Sequence record: NC_103567.1 | Direction: 5' to 3' (one strand) | DNA length: 49,223 nucleotides | From: a phage | In this document: piece by piece, positions 1 through 7,537 of the stretch | How positions within the stretch are numbered: position 1 is the first letter of the stretch | Layout of the letters: the number at the start of each line of letters is the position of its first letter | Position numbers and translations under genes: made by a program | The notes under the pieces: model-generated | What the model was told of the DNA's origin: nothing | The model's database searches: none | What the model saw: only the letters and a program-made list of their open reading frames with translations

Positions 1-137
1 AGATTTTGTGATTGAAATTGATTTGATTTGATTAGATTTGAGTAGTGAGAGAGCAGAAATAATCACACCTTGCCGATCAGAGAAAACTTTTCCCGCAAAA
101 CATCACTCCAGGCTCCGCGCTGTTATCTTCCGTTCAT

Positions 138-235
138 GGGTGTTCACAAATCTACCCGGCGTAGTTCTCCGACGGTTCTATGTGTTAGCCACACAAAAAG
201 AACAAAATAAAACTCTATATAATAATAATTAAAAC
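138..235 (+). repeat. copy A of a duplicated ~100-bp control-region element (GGTGTTCACAA...CCGGCGTAG...ACAAAAAGAACAAA...CTATATAATA)
   Basis: Aligns by eye with 28578-28675 at roughly 75 percent identity, followed in both places by TATATA-rich then GT-rich sequence. Confidence 0.7.
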
Positions 236-522
236 AGTAAGTTATCTATATATATGTATTTATTTGTTTCTATACTGTTTCTAATGTTCCATATGGTTAG
301 TGGTGGGTGATATATTGTTGATGGTGGTATTTGGTTAATATTTAGCCTATTGCGCCTGGTCTAGTGGTGGATTGAGAAAAATATATTTATATATAGGAAT
401 CCGCGAAAATTCATGAACGCATGAACAGCCAAAGAACGCGTTTTCAATTTCAAGTAAAACATTAACTTACGCTGAAAATTTGTTCCACTATAGGTATGGA
501 ACGTAAGCACACAAAAAACTAC

Positions 523-550
523 TTGACGAGAACAAATGGCGGCGATAATA
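523..550 (+). promoter_or_regulatory. sigma70-like early promoter (TTGACG-N16-ATAATA); -10 sits in the loop of inverted repeat GGCGGCG / GCCGCC
   Basis: Near-consensus -35 and -10 with proper spacing about 40 bp upstream of the ATG at 588. Confidence 0.6.
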
Positions 551-587
551 TGCCGCCACGAACTAACCAACAGGAGGATAACCAATC

Positions 588-1040
588 ATGGCAACTACCA
601 AAGAGTTTTGCGACAGCTTGCGTGAACTGGCGAAGAAGTTAGCAAGCGGAGAGCTTGATAATTACATCATTGCCGATGCTCTTATCGAGGACAATCTCGA
701 CGAGCAAGACAGGAAGAAGGTTAACGCCTCATACATTCGCACGATCATGAATCGCGTCCCTGACGTGAAGGAGATCGGAACGGTTTCAATTACTCGCACT
801 GATCCGGTTGAGGAAGCGCCAGGGTTTAAGGTGGCAATCAACCGCGAGGCAAAGCGACAGGTATTCACAAAAAATGATATTCCGGCACTGGAAAAGAGGA
901 TCGGTGAGCGAATCGCCAAGCGACTGCTAAACACAATGCCAAATATCACGGATCTGGAAGGTGAACAACTCCAGGGCGCGGCAATCGGAATTAAGCGTTA
1001 TCAGGATCTGATTAAGTCAATGGTTGAGCAAGGGGAATAA
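588..1040 (+). CDS. hypothetical early protein, first gene of the rightward early block
   Basis: 150-aa ORF; AGGAGG about 11 nt upstream of ATG; directly downstream of the promoter at 523-550. Confidence 0.75.
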   Translation: MATTKEFCDSLRELAKKLASGELDNYIIADALIEDNLDEQDRKKVNASYIRTIMNRVPDVKEIGTVSITRTDPVEEAPGFKVAINREAKRQVFTKNDIPALEKRIGERIAKRLLNTMPNITDLEGEQLQGAAIGIKRYQDLIKSMVEQGE

Positions 1041-1042
1041 TC

Positions 1043-1276
1043 ATGTTTTGTCCGATCCGTTTTAATGGTGTAGACCTGCTGAAAGAATCCAGGATGTGTA
1101 CAACTGCAATTGTTAATCGCCTATATCTAAGAAGTGGCGGCAACATAGTAAAGCTGGAATATCGTTCCGGTCGCATAATCCGCACAGACACCGGAAGATG
1201 GATAGAAACAAATGAATTGCTATGGCACAACGCAAAAGGCCGCTTATACTTCAAAACGTTTGAGGATATCCGCTAA
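1043..1276 (+). CDS. hypothetical protein
   Basis: 77-aa ORF starting 3 nt after the previous stop; stop overlaps the next start (TAATG). Confidence 0.55.
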   Translation: MFCPIRFNGVDLLKESRMCTTAIVNRLYLRSGGNIVKLEYRSGRIIRTDTGRWIETNELLWHNAKGRLYFKTFEDIR

Positions 1277-1389
1277 TGAATACGAAATATATTGAGTTAT
1301 GTTTATGCTTGCTTATCCTTGCGATTGCGGCAACTTTCGGATCGCTTGCATTCCTGGTTTTTGCTGACGCTATCGGGAGACTTCAATGA
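1276..1389 (+). CDS. small hydrophobic single-pass membrane peptide (37 aa), first of three translationally coupled peptides
   Basis: Hand translation MNTKYIELCLCLLILAIAATFGSLAFLVFADAIGRLQ; start overlaps upstream stop; not in ORF track because under 60 aa. Confidence 0.5.
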   Translation: MNTKYIELCLCLLILAIAATFGSLAFLVFADAIGRLQ

Positions 1390-1493
1390 AAACATTCGCA
1401 TTTGTCGCTGCAATGTGGTGCGTTGCAATCGGTCATCCTGGCGTGGCGCTTGTTGTTCTTGGTTTGATATTGTTGGGGGCGTTTGATGAATAA
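1386..1493 (+). CDS. small hydrophobic membrane peptide (about 34 aa), second of three
   Basis: Hand translation MKTFAFVAAMWCVAIGHPGVALVVLGLILLGAFDE; ATGA start/stop overlap with the previous peptide. Confidence 0.5.
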   Translation: MKTFAFVAAMWCVAIGHPGVALVVLGLILLGAFDE

Positions 1494-1599
1494 GAAACTT
1501 TTAGATCATGCCGTGGTGTTCTTTATCGCTGCTGCTGGATTTTCGCTGTTGTCAATTGCTTTTTCAATCCTTGCTTTTGCCGTGTCAATGCTGAAATGA
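1486..1599 (+). CDS. small hydrophobic membrane peptide (about 37 aa), third of three
   Basis: Hand translation MNKKLLDHAVVFFIAAAGFSLLSIAFSILAFAVSMLK; start overlaps previous stop. Confidence 0.5.
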   Translation: MNKKLLDHAVVFFIAAAGFSLLSIAFSILAFAVSMLK

Positions 1600-1620
1600 C
1601 GGATTACATCCTGATTGGCA

Positions 1621-1641
1621 AATAGCACTTTTTGTTAAAAC
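1621..1641 (+). promoter_or_regulatory. 21-bp early-promoter-associated motif, class I (AATAGCACTTTTTGTTAAAAC)
   Basis: Matches the dispersed motif; TGG-CATAAT extended -10-like element about 22 bp downstream; gene follows. Confidence 0.6.
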
Positions 1642-1696
1642 TCGATTGGGGTAGTTTGGCATAATTACCACATCGAAACGAAACGAGGAAAACACA

Positions 1697-1855
1697 ATGA
1701 CTACCTTAATCACCTGGGAACACGAAACAAGCCAGCCAGTAACCCGCGAGTTTGAAACTCTTAGCCAGGCTTATCTGCTTGCTGCTAACGGTGGTTATTA
1801 CAAGGCGCAAGTTGTTGATGAAATGGGAGTGATTGTTTATGAGTTCCATGCATAA
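1697..1855 (+). CDS. hypothetical small protein (about 52 aa)
   Basis: ATG preceded by GAGGA; hand translation MTTLITWEHETSQPVTREFETLSQAYLLAANGGYYKAQVVDEMGVIVYEFHA; coordinates approximate. Confidence 0.4.
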   Translation: MTTLITWEHETSQPVTREFETLSQAYLLAANGGYYKAQVVDEMGVIVYEFHA

Positions 1856-2120
1856 TTTCCGCAGCTACACGCAGGAAGTGGATTTTGATGGGATCAAGTT
1901 ACCAATTCCTAACATATACCGCTATATCACTCGTGATGAATACGGATTTATAAACGCCTGGAGAGATAAGCCCAAAAAGGTTGGCAATGAATACGGCGAC
2001 GGCTCAGAGATGCCGATCACGTTAGGTCATCAAACTGGCGAGAATGTAGCGGCTGTAATGCGCAAATATCGCCGCAGCCGCACAAACTCATTAATTTCTA
2101 TCTTTGGCATACCGGAGTAA
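1839..2120 (+). CDS. hypothetical protein
   Basis: ORF track 1833-2120; first ATG at 1839 has GGAGTG about 8 nt upstream. Confidence 0.6.
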   Translation: MSSMHNFRSYTQEVDFDGIKLPIPNIYRYITRDEYGFINAWRDKPKKVGNEYGDGSEMPITLGHQTGENVAAVMRKYRRSRTNSLISIFGIPE

Positions 2121-2125
2121 TAAAA

Positions 2126-2383
2126 ATGTTTGAACTGAAACGCGTAACTGTTGAGATCCTGAATGATGGCTCTTACGATGGAATGAAACACTTAACCTTC
2201 CCGATCCGCATTGAGAATTGCATTGATTACGGTATTGAAGTTGGCATGGTTGACGTTCCTCTTGATGCACTTATCGCGGCTGGCTATGACAAAGAGAAAG
2301 GCCAATGTGCTGATATACCGGATAGCTATGAAAGCGACACACATTTCCCGTTCACCTATGGCGAATGCCGGATTGTTGATTGA
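2126..2383 (+). CDS. hypothetical protein
   Basis: 85-aa ORF immediately after the previous gene, same strand. Confidence 0.6.
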   Translation: MFELKRVTVEILNDGSYDGMKHLTFPIRIENCIDYGIEVGMVDVPLDALIAAGYDKEKGQCADIPDSYESDTHFPFTYGECRIVD

Positions 2384-2455
2384 GGTGATAAAGTGAGCAG
2401 TTGGCACAATGAGCACGTAATGCAATTCTACCGACACAGAATAAAAAAAATGATC

Positions 2456-2476
2456 AATAGCACGAATTGCTAAAAC
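2456..2476 (+). promoter_or_regulatory. 21-bp motif, class II (AATAGCACGAATTGCTAAAAC)
   Basis: Motif followed by inverted repeat GGGCTT...AAGCCC with TATAGT in its loop; gene at 2533. Confidence 0.6.
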
Positions 2477-2532
2477 AGAATTTTGGGCTTGCGGTATAGT
2501 AAGCCCATACCAAACAACGAGAGGATCACAAA

Positions 2533-2859
2533 ATGGAATTAGCACGCAACGCGGTTTATGGATTACACCTTAAAGGCGGCAAAGGCTCAACTTATGCGCA
2601 CCTGTTTCATGTTAACGAGCGCGGTCAAATTGATATTGCAATGTTTGTTGACCAAAGGGTTAAGAAAGGCGGTGAGGGTGATTGTGATACATTCCGACCG
2701 GATTTGGTTGAATACGATCACACATACAGTCATGATCACTGGATTGGTCACGGTCGCAAGTTTGTAATGGTTAATAGCCACGTTACCGACACAAGCAAAA
2801 TCACTGCATCGCAGTATAAGCGCATGGCTCGCAAGGTTATGAAGTTAGAAGCGCAATAG
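2533..2859 (+). CDS. hypothetical protein
   Basis: 108-aa ORF downstream of a motif copy; GAGAGGA-like RBS. Confidence 0.6.
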   Translation: MELARNAVYGLHLKGGKGSTYAHLFHVNERGQIDIAMFVDQRVKKGGEGDCDTFRPDLVEYDHTYSHDHWIGHGRKFVMVNSHVTDTSKITASQYKRMARKVMKLEAQ

Positions 2860-2931
2860 CACAAAATGTTAAGCGGTCATGTGTGCTGATGGGTATAATG
2901 ACCGCATCAACCAACCAAAGGAGAAGTAAAA

Positions 2932-3039
2932 ATGTCTAAAGAGTCTATCAAGCAGTTTCTGAAATACGGTTCTATGATTGTGCTCGCTACCGTTGTGCTG
3001 GCTGGCATCGCGTATAGCATTATTGAGTTTGCGGGGTAA
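2932..3039 (+). CDS. small membrane peptide (35 aa)
   Basis: AAGGAGAAG RBS, ATG, hand translation MSKESIKQFLKYGSMIVLATVVLAGIAYSIIEFAG; TATAAT-containing promoter-like sequence about 40 bp upstream. Confidence 0.5.
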   Translation: MSKESIKQFLKYGSMIVLATVVLAGIAYSIIEFAG

Positions 3040-3042
3040 TTG

Positions 3043-3606
3043 ATGTTTACGATCAACTTGTGGGGAAGGGATTATGTTAATCCATATGTTGCGACAAAAC
3101 AGCGTTTCGTTATTTTCGACCTAGACGGCACATTGTCAAATGGTGAGCACCGCTTGCACCTGTTGCCAACTGTTGATTTGCATCTTACTGAAAGCTGGAG
3201 TGAGTTTAATCGCGCCGCAAAGGATGATTCACCATTCAGCAATAACATTTCCGTGTGCAACGCCATGTTTGACGCCGGATACCTGGTTATCATCCTAACA
3301 GGACGTAGTGATGAAGTTGAAGCAGAAACGCGAGCCTGGTTAGCTGAAAACGGCGTTTCTTTCGATTGGCTAATTATGCGCCGCGCGGAGGACAACCGGA
3401 AAGATACAGTAATCAAAGAGGAAGTTTTACGGACTATCGGACTAGATCGCATTGTCGCATGTTGGGATGACTCGCCAAACGTTATTGCACACCTTCGCGG
3501 CCTGGGCTTGACTGTTTACCAGGTAATTGACTACGGCGAGCAGTTACACGATCACTTAAAATCTCACGGCGTGGAGGAATTGAGCGATGACAGCAAAGCT
3601 AATTGA
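3043..3606 (+). CDS. HAD-superfamily phosphatase (nucleotidase or polynucleotide 3-phosphatase-like)
   Basis: N-terminal FVIFDLDGTLS matches HAD motif I (DxDGT); 187 aa. Confidence 0.7.
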   Translation: MFTINLWGRDYVNPYVATKQRFVIFDLDGTLSNGEHRLHLLPTVDLHLTESWSEFNRAAKDDSPFSNNISVCNAMFDAGYLVIILTGRSDEVEAETRAWLAENGVSFDWLIMRRAEDNRKDTVIKEEVLRTIGLDRIVACWDDSPNVIAHLRGLGLTVYQVIDYGEQLHDHLKSHGVEELSDDSKAN

Positions 3607-3775
3607 AGATCGGCATGGTGATAACGTGCTTATTTACATCGAAGGGAAATCGGTGTGGATTGACTGCAAATATGAGGATGACACACATTTGCAGTTTCGC
3701 GGAATTTTTGACAAGAAAGGCGCATTGGAGTTAGCGGAACACATCAAGCGTCTTGCTGAAGAATTACCGGAATAG
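3587..3775 (+). CDS. hypothetical protein
   Basis: 62-aa ORF overlapping the end of the phosphatase gene. Confidence 0.5.
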   Translation: MTAKLIEDRHGDNVLIYIEGKSVWIDCKYEDDTHLQFRGIFDKKGALELAEHIKRLAEELPE

Positions 3776-3785
3776 AGGATTTATT

Positions 3786-3971
3786 ATGTTGACTTTTATC
3801 TTGATCGCTATCGTTTTAATTCTGTATGTTTGCGGCGCTTTCCTGATGCGAGCACTACTAAAAGAGGCTGACGCTGATGATAAGGATAGTTGGAAGCCGA
3901 TTCTTTTATGGCCTGGTTATATCATCGTGCCAATTTACGAGCTAATCCGCGATGGTGAGTTTAAATGGTAA
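3786..3971 (+). CDS. small membrane protein
   Basis: ORF track 3753-3971; internal ATG at 3786 with AGAGGA RBS; N-terminal hydrophobic helix LTFILIAIVLILYVCGAFLM. Confidence 0.55.
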   Translation: MLTFILIAIVLILYVCGAFLMRALLKEADADDKDSWKPILLWPGYIIVPIYELIRDGEFKW

Positions 3972-3991
3972 ATAGCACTTTTTGCTAAAAC
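3971..3991 (+). promoter_or_regulatory. 21-bp motif, class I
   Basis: AATAGCACTTTTTGCTAAAAC then inverted repeat GGCACA...TGTGCC enclosing TGATAAAGT. Confidence 0.6.
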
Positions 3992-4048
3992 TTGCTAAGG
4001 CACATTTGATAAAGTGTGCCTTGTCGAGACAAGCAAGGAGAATGACAA

Positions 4049-4360
4049 ATGAAAGTATTTACCACTGTTGGATTTAGAACTAACCATTATTACATTGTTA
4101 ACGATGACGGCGTTATTTTTGCCTCACAAAAACCGTTCTTTGATGGTGATAATTTTTTCAAGAGCGTATTTCAATCGCCTGGTGTTTTGGTAAGTATGTG
4201 CAATCGTGGCTCGTTAGCGCCTTACAACAAAGAGGCTAAGGATTTTGTTAATAAGGCAAACGGCATCAAGAGAAAGCGAGAAATGAATAAACACGTTATC
4301 GCCGTTATTGTTTGTGTGGCAATTGCCGTTGGTTCTATTTTCATGGGGGTTTGGTCATGA
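4049..4360 (+). CDS. hypothetical protein with C-terminal transmembrane anchor
   Basis: 103-aa ORF; AAGGAGAA RBS; C-terminal VIAVIVCVAIAVGSIFMGVW. Confidence 0.6.
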   Translation: MKVFTTVGFRTNHYYIVNDDGVIFASQKPFFDGDNFFKSVFQSPGVLVSMCNRGSLAPYNKEAKDFVNKANGIKRKREMNKHVIAVIVCVAIAVGSIFMGVWS

Positions 4361-4539
4361 CGCTTGATAATAAATTAGAAACGCAAAAGACGATCAACTA
4401 TTTACTCGCTCTTGCTGATGCACTTGAAAAAGGCGAGGCAGCATTAAACGATGTTTGCATTGAGTCTAGAAATCAAGGGTGGAGTCAGATCGAAGAAACG
4501 TTAACGGTGCAATATTTTAAGGTGAACAAAGATGGCTAA
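4357..4539 (+). CDS. hypothetical protein
   Basis: ORF track 4312-4539; likely start at internal ATG 4357 (MTLDNK...). Confidence 0.45.
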   Translation: MTLDNKLETQKTINYLLALADALEKGEAALNDVCIESRNQGWSQIEETLTVQYFKVNKDG

Positions 4540-5107
4540 AATTATTATCCTCAACGCGCCGCCTGGTGCTGGCAAAGATACGATTGGCAAGATGATTTCT
4601 GTCTATTCGCCTGGTAAGCAATGCCGAATCATTAGCTTTAAAGAGCCAATGTTTGATATTGCATTAGCTATCCTGGGCAAAGAGAACTATCAGCGTTTCA
4701 TGCTGGCTTACGATTACAGAGAGCAGAAAGAAAGGCCGCAAACATTCCTGATGGGTATGTCACCGCGCGAGTTCATGATCTGGATTAGCGAGGATGTGAT
4801 CAAGCCTAAATTCGGTAAGGATTATTTCGGCGTAAGGTTTAATCAGAAAGTAAAAGAGTGTGATGCTCCTGTTGTTTGCACTGATGGCGGTTTTCCAGAT
4901 GAAATTATAGCGCTAATCAATGCTGGTAATGAGGTGAAGTTATGCCGCTTGCACCGCGACGGGTTCACGTTTGCAGGTGATAGCCGCAACTACATTCGAA
5001 TAAATCCATACTACCAGAAAAACGGATATAGCGAGCACGATTATAAATTGGTTGATAAACAACCAAATGTAACGGTAAAGGAAATCATTCGCGATCACCT
5101 TAAATAG
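4532..5107 (+). CDS. P-loop nucleotide kinase (deoxynucleoside monophosphate kinase-like)
   Basis: N-terminal IIILNAPPGAGKDT Walker A in the arrangement seen in phage dNMP kinases; 191 aa. Confidence 0.7.
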   Translation: MAKIIILNAPPGAGKDTIGKMISVYSPGKQCRIISFKEPMFDIALAILGKENYQRFMLAYDYREQKERPQTFLMGMSPREFMIWISEDVIKPKFGKDYFGVRFNQKVKECDAPVVCTDGGFPDEIIALINAGNEVKLCRLHRDGFTFAGDSRNYIRINPYYQKNGYSEHDYKLVDKQPNVTVKEIIRDHLK

Positions 5108-5123
5108 CACGAATTGCTAAAAC
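5103..5123 (+). promoter_or_regulatory. 21-bp motif, class II
   Basis: AATAGCACGAATTGCTAAAAC then AAGGCC...GGCCTT enclosing TGTTATAGT. Confidence 0.6.
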
Positions 5124-5187
5124 TTGCGCAAGGCCATTTGTTATAGTGGCCTTATTCAAGAGAAGCAACCAATCAGAGGAATAAACG

Positions 5188-5385
5188 ATGAAAATCAAAT
5201 GCACCAAATCAAACACAATGAATCTGACAGTTGGCGCGATTTACCATATGGAAGAAGGTGTAAACGGGTTTAGCCCAACTGTTACGCATGAGTACGGCGG
5301 TCACTTCTTCTTAAACGGTAAAGACGGATTATCTGTAAATGTTGGCTCTTTCGTTCTGGCAGAATTTGAGATCGTGGAGGAATAA
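5188..5385 (+). CDS. hypothetical protein
   Basis: 65-aa ORF with GAGGAA RBS. Confidence 0.55.
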   Translation: MKIKCTKSNTMNLTVGAIYHMEEGVNGFSPTVTHEYGGHFFLNGKDGLSVNVGSFVLAEFEIVEE

Positions 5386-5387
5386 AA

Positions 5388-5552
5388 ATGTTCTGGATTC
5401 ATTCGCCGCAAGGTTTGCTTTATGTGCCTGGCGTTGAATTTGAAGAACGACGCGACGGCGACACGGTAAACATCATAACTAAGGATTCAAAAGGCCACAC
5501 TCTTAAAACGTATGTTTTAAACACTCCGGTTAAGGTCGAAAAAGATGATTAA
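5388..5552 (+). CDS. hypothetical small protein (about 54 aa)
   Basis: GGAGGAA RBS and ATG directly after previous stop; hand-translated; coordinates approximate. Confidence 0.4.
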   Translation: MFWIHSPQGLLYVPGVEFEERRDGDTVNIITKDSKGHTLKTYVLNTPVKVEKDD

Positions 5553-5727
5553 ATTTATTGGTTTTGTGGCATTGCTTGTGTGCGGCATATGGCTTACTGA
5601 CAATGACACTTGGCAAAGTGCTGTTGGAGGATTACTTATTTTTCTTGCTGGTGGCATGGTTGGCAGTGATGACGCAACAAATAAGAACAAACTTTCGGAT
5701 CATTTACGCAGAGAGACAAAACGATGA
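5545..5727 (+). CDS. small membrane protein (two predicted helices)
   Basis: 60-aa ORF, hydrophobic segments FIGFVALLVCGIWL and LLIFLAGGMVG. Confidence 0.5.
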   Translation: MIKFIGFVALLVCGIWLTDNDTWQSAVGGLLIFLAGGMVGSDDATNKNKLSDHLRRETKR

Positions 5728-5969
5728 ATAGAAAAATGCTGGTACGCGCCTTTGCTAAGATTGCTAAAAGGTGGGGAGACTCTAACAAATCGCCTTACAC
5801 GTTTAGCCGCTACGGTTATAAAAATGCTCGCGACTGGGGTCGCTGCATTGCGGATAACTACAACTCCGAAATTCTGGAAGATTTCGCAAAGTGGATTGAT
5901 ACGCCTTTGAAGGATTGGTGTCAATTTGACTATGACTATTTCGCAGAAGAAGAAATTTCTTGTTTGTAA
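5724..5969 (+). CDS. hypothetical protein
   Basis: 81-aa ORF overlapping previous stop. Confidence 0.55.
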   Translation: MNRKMLVRAFAKIAKRWGDSNKSPYTFSRYGYKNARDWGRCIADNYNSEILEDFAKWIDTPLKDWCQFDYDYFAEEEISCL

Positions 5970-5981
5970 GGAGAATAAAAT

Positions 5982-6494
5982 ATGAAAGCTAAAAATGATT
6001 TTTATAACTACCTGACAAAAGGCCGCGACTATACCGTTTTGAATAGCATAGATACTCTTTACCTGGTTGTTGCTGATAATGGCGTTAGAGTTTGGCTTGA
6101 TAAAACTCTTTTCGAAAGCGAGCACCTAAGCAATGCAAAGCGGATCGCAGATGAAGCAAGTGCATTAGCAGAGCGTGAAAGAATTCGCGATATCGTTGCG
6201 GAGCAGGTGAGAAATTCATGTTCGCCTGGTGGCGATATCTTCAAATCAATGCGCGGTGAAATGACTGTTGGAATTCAAGATCGCGTAATTGCAAAATCAG
6301 TTGATTCTGTAATTGAGAATGCGAAATTCAATGCGTTGATTAACTCAGAGCCTAACGAATACGTCAAAGTGTTAGAGCAACTGCGTGAAGTGCTGAGAGT
6401 GCCGGAAGGTGAGAATATAGTGACTCATGCAAAGGTTGTAAGGACGTTGGCTGATGCTTTGCTTGACGTTTACCCAGGAATGAAGTGCAAATAG
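5982..6494 (+). CDS. hypothetical protein
   Basis: 170-aa ORF, AAGGAGAA RBS. Confidence 0.65.
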   Translation: MKAKNDFYNYLTKGRDYTVLNSIDTLYLVVADNGVRVWLDKTLFESEHLSNAKRIADEASALAERERIRDIVAEQVRNSCSPGGDIFKSMRGEMTVGIQDRVIAKSVDSVIENAKFNALINSEPNEYVKVLEQLREVLRVPEGENIVTHAKVVRTLADALLDVYPGMKCK

Positions 6495-6510
6495 CACTTT
6501 TTGTTAAAAC
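6490..6510 (+). promoter_or_regulatory. 21-bp motif, class I
   Basis: AATAGCACTTTTTGTTAAAAC then GAGGGCA...GTCCTC enclosing TGTTAAAGT. Confidence 0.6.
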
Positions 6511-6568
6511 TTCCGCGAGGGCATTTGTTAAAGTGTCCTCATTGAAGCGAAACACGGAGATTTAGAAA

Positions 6569-6772
6569 ATGGCTGTATACACTGGCAAGATGTTTGAAAG
6601 CGAAAACCCGATTTACGGCGGCACTTATGAGCTAATCATTGATGAAGATCGCGTTATCCTGGCTGATGACGACAGCGAGGAATATTATGAAGTAGAGGCC
6701 GACAAATGGGATAACGACGTTATGTTTCTTGTTGATAACAACCGCATCAAGTTTTACGCAGTGGAGGAATAA
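6569..6772 (+). CDS. small strongly acidic protein
   Basis: 67-aa ORF with about 30 percent Asp+Glu (DEDRVILADDDSEEYYEVEADKWDND); ACGGAGA RBS. Confidence 0.6.
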   Translation: MAVYTGKMFESENPIYGGTYELIIDEDRVILADDDSEEYYEVEADKWDNDVMFLVDNNRIKFYAVEE

Positions 6773-6775
6773 CAG

Positions 6776-7027
6776 ATGATCGCAATCAACCTATCAGAAG
6801 AACAAGCGAAATCGTTGCTAAATAGCTTGGGATGGCGTTATGGCTCTGGTGAATATGAGCGATTGGATGTTAAAAGCGATGTTGCAAAAGAGGTTTTCAT
6901 CCAGCTTGAGCAGCAATTAATGCCACGCTCAACAAGTGCGGCAGAGTTAGCAGTGTGGCGGCACGAAAACGGATTGAACGAAATGGATGTTGAAAAGTGG
7001 AAGCGTAAAAACGAGGTGTTAGCATGA
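6776..7027 (+). CDS. hypothetical protein
   Basis: 83-aa ORF tightly packed after previous gene. Confidence 0.55.
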   Translation: MIAINLSEEQAKSLLNSLGWRYGSGEYERLDVKSDVAKEVFIQLEQQLMPRSTSAAELAVWRHENGLNEMDVEKWKRKNEVLA

Positions 7028-7338
7028 TTTACATTCACTCTTACGGAGTTGGCAAGTTTGGCAGCAAGCAGATCAGAAACATTCACGACACGTTAGAAGA
7101 AGCGCAAGCACAGCAACGCGTTTTAGGTGGAGTTGTTCAGGCTTTTGAATCGGTTGAGAATTTAGGCATTAACGAGCAGATAAAGGAAATCGTTGTTGAT
7201 GAAGTAGCATGTATCATTGACGATTTCAGCACGAAAGCGCCAGGTTCGGCGCGTGAGCTTGAGCCAGGTTCTATCGAGTGGGATTTATACAAGGTTGGAG
7301 TGCTAAACCGCCTCCGCGAGCTACTCGCAGAAATTTAA
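7024..7338 (+). CDS. hypothetical acidic protein
   Basis: 104-aa ORF with start overlapping previous stop. Confidence 0.6.
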   Translation: MIYIHSYGVGKFGSKQIRNIHDTLEEAQAQQRVLGGVVQAFESVENLGINEQIKEIVVDEVACIIDDFSTKAPGSARELEPGSIEWDLYKVGVLNRLRELLAEI

Positions 7339-7359
7339 CGAATTTGCATCGATTTTAAT

Positions 7360-7393
7360 CGCCTCCAGACGAATTCTAAGAGGCGAATTTTTT
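7360..7393 (+). terminator. rho-independent terminator
   Basis: CGCCTC...GAGGCG hairpin followed by a T-run. Confidence 0.6.
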
Positions 7394-7407
7394 AGGAAGG
7401 TGATTCT

Positions 7408-7536
7408 ATGCCTGAATACATAAAACCGTCGCAGTGGTGCGCACATAAGCAAGAAGAAGCATTAGAGCGCGGCGACACTGACACAGCATTGCACTACTTT
7501 GAAATGTTTCAACTTTGGAAATCAAGAGGACTTTAA
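7408..7536 (+). CDS. hypothetical small protein (about 42 aa)
   Basis: AAGGTGA RBS and ATG after the terminator; hand translation MPEYIKPSQWCAHKQEEALERGDTDTALHYFEMFQLWKSRGL; coordinates approximate. Confidence 0.35.
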   Translation: MPEYIKPSQWCAHKQEEALERGDTDTALHYFEMFQLWKSRGL

Positions 7537-7537
7537 A

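Larger units (their letters stand above)
1..587. promoter_or_regulatory. AT-rich non-coding control region between the divergent leftward and rightward early gene blocks; likely spans the genome junction
   Basis: No convincing ORF with RBS; TATATA-rich and GT-rich blocks; GATT/TGAT repeats at both window ends; a sigma70-like promoter at 523-550. Confidence 0.6.

Noticed and set aside
38-232. 64-aa plus-strand ORF in the leader region
   Set aside because: Starts at a non-ATG codon with no RBS and lies inside the duplicated non-coding element; copy B aligns at the DNA level but in a different frame, so the conservation is not protein-coding
5647-5654. Single Chi-like octamer GCTGGTGG
   Set aside because: Only one exact occurrence noticed, inside a coding region; one copy is not evidence of selection for RecBCD protection. 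The AGTGGTGG repeats in the control region do not match Chi
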